Shown piece after piece: positions 61,701-64,000 of a DNA stretch of 64,000 nucleotides. The notes beneath the pieces are model-generated. The model ran no database searches. It was not told the origin of the DNA and saw only the letters and a list, made by a program, of their open reading frames with translations. Source of the stretch: Squalus acanthias. Its lineage: Eukaryota. Position 1 is the stretch's first letter. Each line of letters starts with the position of its first letter. The stretch spans positions 145,888,001-145,952,000 of the forward strand of contig CM059431.1 in the NCBI GenBank assembly GCA_030390025.1. Reading direction: 5' to 3'. The position numbers and the translations under genes are program-made.

Positions 61701-64000
61701 TAGTTTGGGATTGATACAGGGCTATGGGTAGAGAGCAAGGCAGTGTAATTAAGTTGGCATTGATACTGGACTATGGGGAGAGAGCGGGGCAGTGGGAATA
61801 GTTTGGGATTGATACAGGGCTATGGGGACAGAGCGGGCAGTGGGATTAATTTGGAATTGATACAGTGCTATGGGGAGAGAGTGAGGCAGTGGGATCAGTT
61901 TGGGATGGATACTGGGCTATGGGTAGAGAGCAAGGCAGTGTAATTAGTTCGGGATTGATACAAGGCTATGGGGAGAGAGCGAGGCATTGAGGTCAGTTTG
62001 TGATTGATATAGGGTTATGGGGAGGGAGCGAGGCAGTTGGAGTAGTTTGGGGTTGATACAGGGTTACGGGGAGAGCGGGGCAGTGGGATTAGTTTTGTAT
62101 TGATACAGGGCTATGGGGAGCGAGCGGGACAGTGGGATTAGTTTGGGATTGATACAGGGTTATGGTGGGAGCGGGGCAGTGGAATTAGCTTGGGATTGAT
62201 ACAGGGCTATGAGGAGAGAGCGGGGCAAAGGGATTAGTTTTGTATTGATACAGGGCTATGGGGAGAGAGCAGGGTAGTGGGATCAGTTTTGTATTGATAC
62301 AGGGTTATGGGGAGAGCGGGGCAGTGGGATTAGTTTGGGATTTATACAGGGCTATTGGGGGAAAGCGGGGCAGTAGGATTAGTTTGGGATTGATACAGGA
62401 CTATGGGGGGAGAGCGGGGCAGTAGAAGTAGTTTGGGATTGATACAGGACTATGGGGGGAGAGCGGGCCAGTTGAATTAGTTTGGGATTGATACAGGACT
62501 ATGGGGGGAGAGCGGGGCAGTGGGATTAGTTTGTGAATAATACAGGGCTATGGGGAGAGAGAGGGGCAGTGGGATTAGTTTGTGAATAATACAGAGCTAT
62601 GGGGAGAGACTAGGTCAGTGGGATTAGTTTGGGATTGATACAGGGCTATGGGGAGAGAGCGGAGTAGTGAGATTAGGTTGGGGTTGATACAGGGCTATGG
62701 GGGAGAGCGGGGCAGTGGGATTAATTTGGAATTGTTACAGGTCTATGTAGAGAGAATGGGGCAGTGCAATTATTTTGAGATTGATACAGGGCTATGGGGA
62801 AAGAGTGAGGCAGTGGGATCAGTTTGGGATGGATACTGGGTTATGGGGAGAGAGCAGGGCAGTGGGATTACTTTGGGATTGATACAGGGCTATTGGGAGA
62901 GAGCGGGGCAATGGGATTAGTTTTGTATTGATACAGGGCTATGGGGAGAGAGCAGGTCAGTGTGATAAGTTTGGGATTGATACAGGGCTATGGGGAGAGA
63001 GTGGAGCCGTGGGATTATTTTGGGATTGATAGAAGGCTATATGGAGAGAGTGAGGCAGTGGGATTAGTTTGGCATTGATACAGGGCTATGTGGAGAGAGT
63101 GAGGCAGTGGGATTAGTTTAGGATGGATACTGATCTACGGGTAGAGACCAAGGCAGTGTAATTAGTTTGGGATTGATACAGGGCTATGGGGAGGGAGCGA
63201 GGCAGTGGGAGTAGTTTGGGATTGATACAGGGTTATGGGCAGAGCGGGAGAGTGGGATTAGATTGGGATTGATACCGGGCTATGGGAAGAGAGCGGTGCA
63301 GTGGAATTAGCTTGGGATTGATACAGGACTATGGGGAGAGAGCGGTGCATTGGAATTAGTTTGGGATTGATACAGGGCTATGAGGAGAGAGCGGGGCAAT
63401 GGGATTAGTTTTGTATTGATACAGGGCTATGGGGAGAGAGCAGGGTAGTGGGATCAGTTTTGTATTGATACAGGGTTATGGGGAGAGCGGGGCAGTGGGA
63501 TTAGTTTGGGATTTATACAGGGCTATTGGGGGAAAGCGGGGCAGTAGGATTAGTTTGGGATTGATACAGGACTATGGGGGGAGAGCGGGGCAGTAGAATT
63601 AGTTTGGGATTGATACAGGACTATGGGGGGAGAGCGGGCCAGTTGAATTAGTTTGGGATTGATACAGGACTATGGGGGGAGAGCGGGGCAGTGGGATTAG
63701 TTTGTGAATAATACAGGGCTATGGGGAGAGAGAGGGGCAGTGGGATTAGTTTGTGAATAATACAGGGCTATGGGGAGAGAGAGGGGCAGTGGGATTAGTT
63801 TGTGATTATACAGAGCTATGGGGAGAGAGTAGGTCAGTGGGATTAGTTTGGGATTGATGCAGGGCTATGGGGGAGAGCGGGGCAGTGGGATTAATTTGGA
63901 ATTGTTACAGGGCTATGTAGAGAGAATGGGGCAGTGGAATTATTTTGAGATTGATACAGGGCTATCGGGATAGCGGGGCTGTGGGATTAGCTTGGGATTG
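55729..64000 (+). repeat. 49-bp G-rich satellite (~170 monomers, continues past window end)
   Basis: Consensus GATACAGGGCTATGGGGAGAGAGCGGGGCAGTGGGATTAGTTTGGGATT; period 49 (55729, 55778, ...); more diverged than the 47-bp array. Confidence 0.97.

Noticed and set aside
55729..64000. Telomeric repeat (GGGATT/TTAG words)
   Set aside because: GGGATT is the mirror image, not a rotation or reverse complement, of TTAGGG; no (TTAGGG)n runs.

Overview
Eukaryotic (vertebrate, tentatively cartilaginous-fish-like) repeat-rich DNA. About 48 kb is a 47-bp tandem satellite (consensus AATTACTGGAACACGGAGAGTGAGAGTGTGAGGGACACAGAGTGTAC) running from the window start to ~53992. Its left edge is interrupted by three PIF/Harbinger DNA transposons: two related non-autonomous MITEs in opposite orientation (149-857, 1049-1835) and a 4266-bp full-length element (3249-7514). 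The full-length element carries a DDE transposase (two premature stops) and a convergent, three-exon Myb/SANT-like gene (homopolymer frameshift). All three elements sit at exactly the same nucleotide register of the satellite monomer (..ACAC-AGW^GTGT.., 3-bp target site duplication, TSD), which suggests satellite-targeted transposition. To the right, a ~1.7-kb unique island holds an intact, apparently intronless beta/gamma-crystallin (EDSP/EP37-like) gene, a MITE remnant and a decayed CR1 LINE 3' end. That CR1 end runs directly into a second, 49-bp G-rich satellite (55729-64000+) whose monomer looks like the last codons of CR1 ORF2. The many short ORFs in the satellites are translation artefacts.
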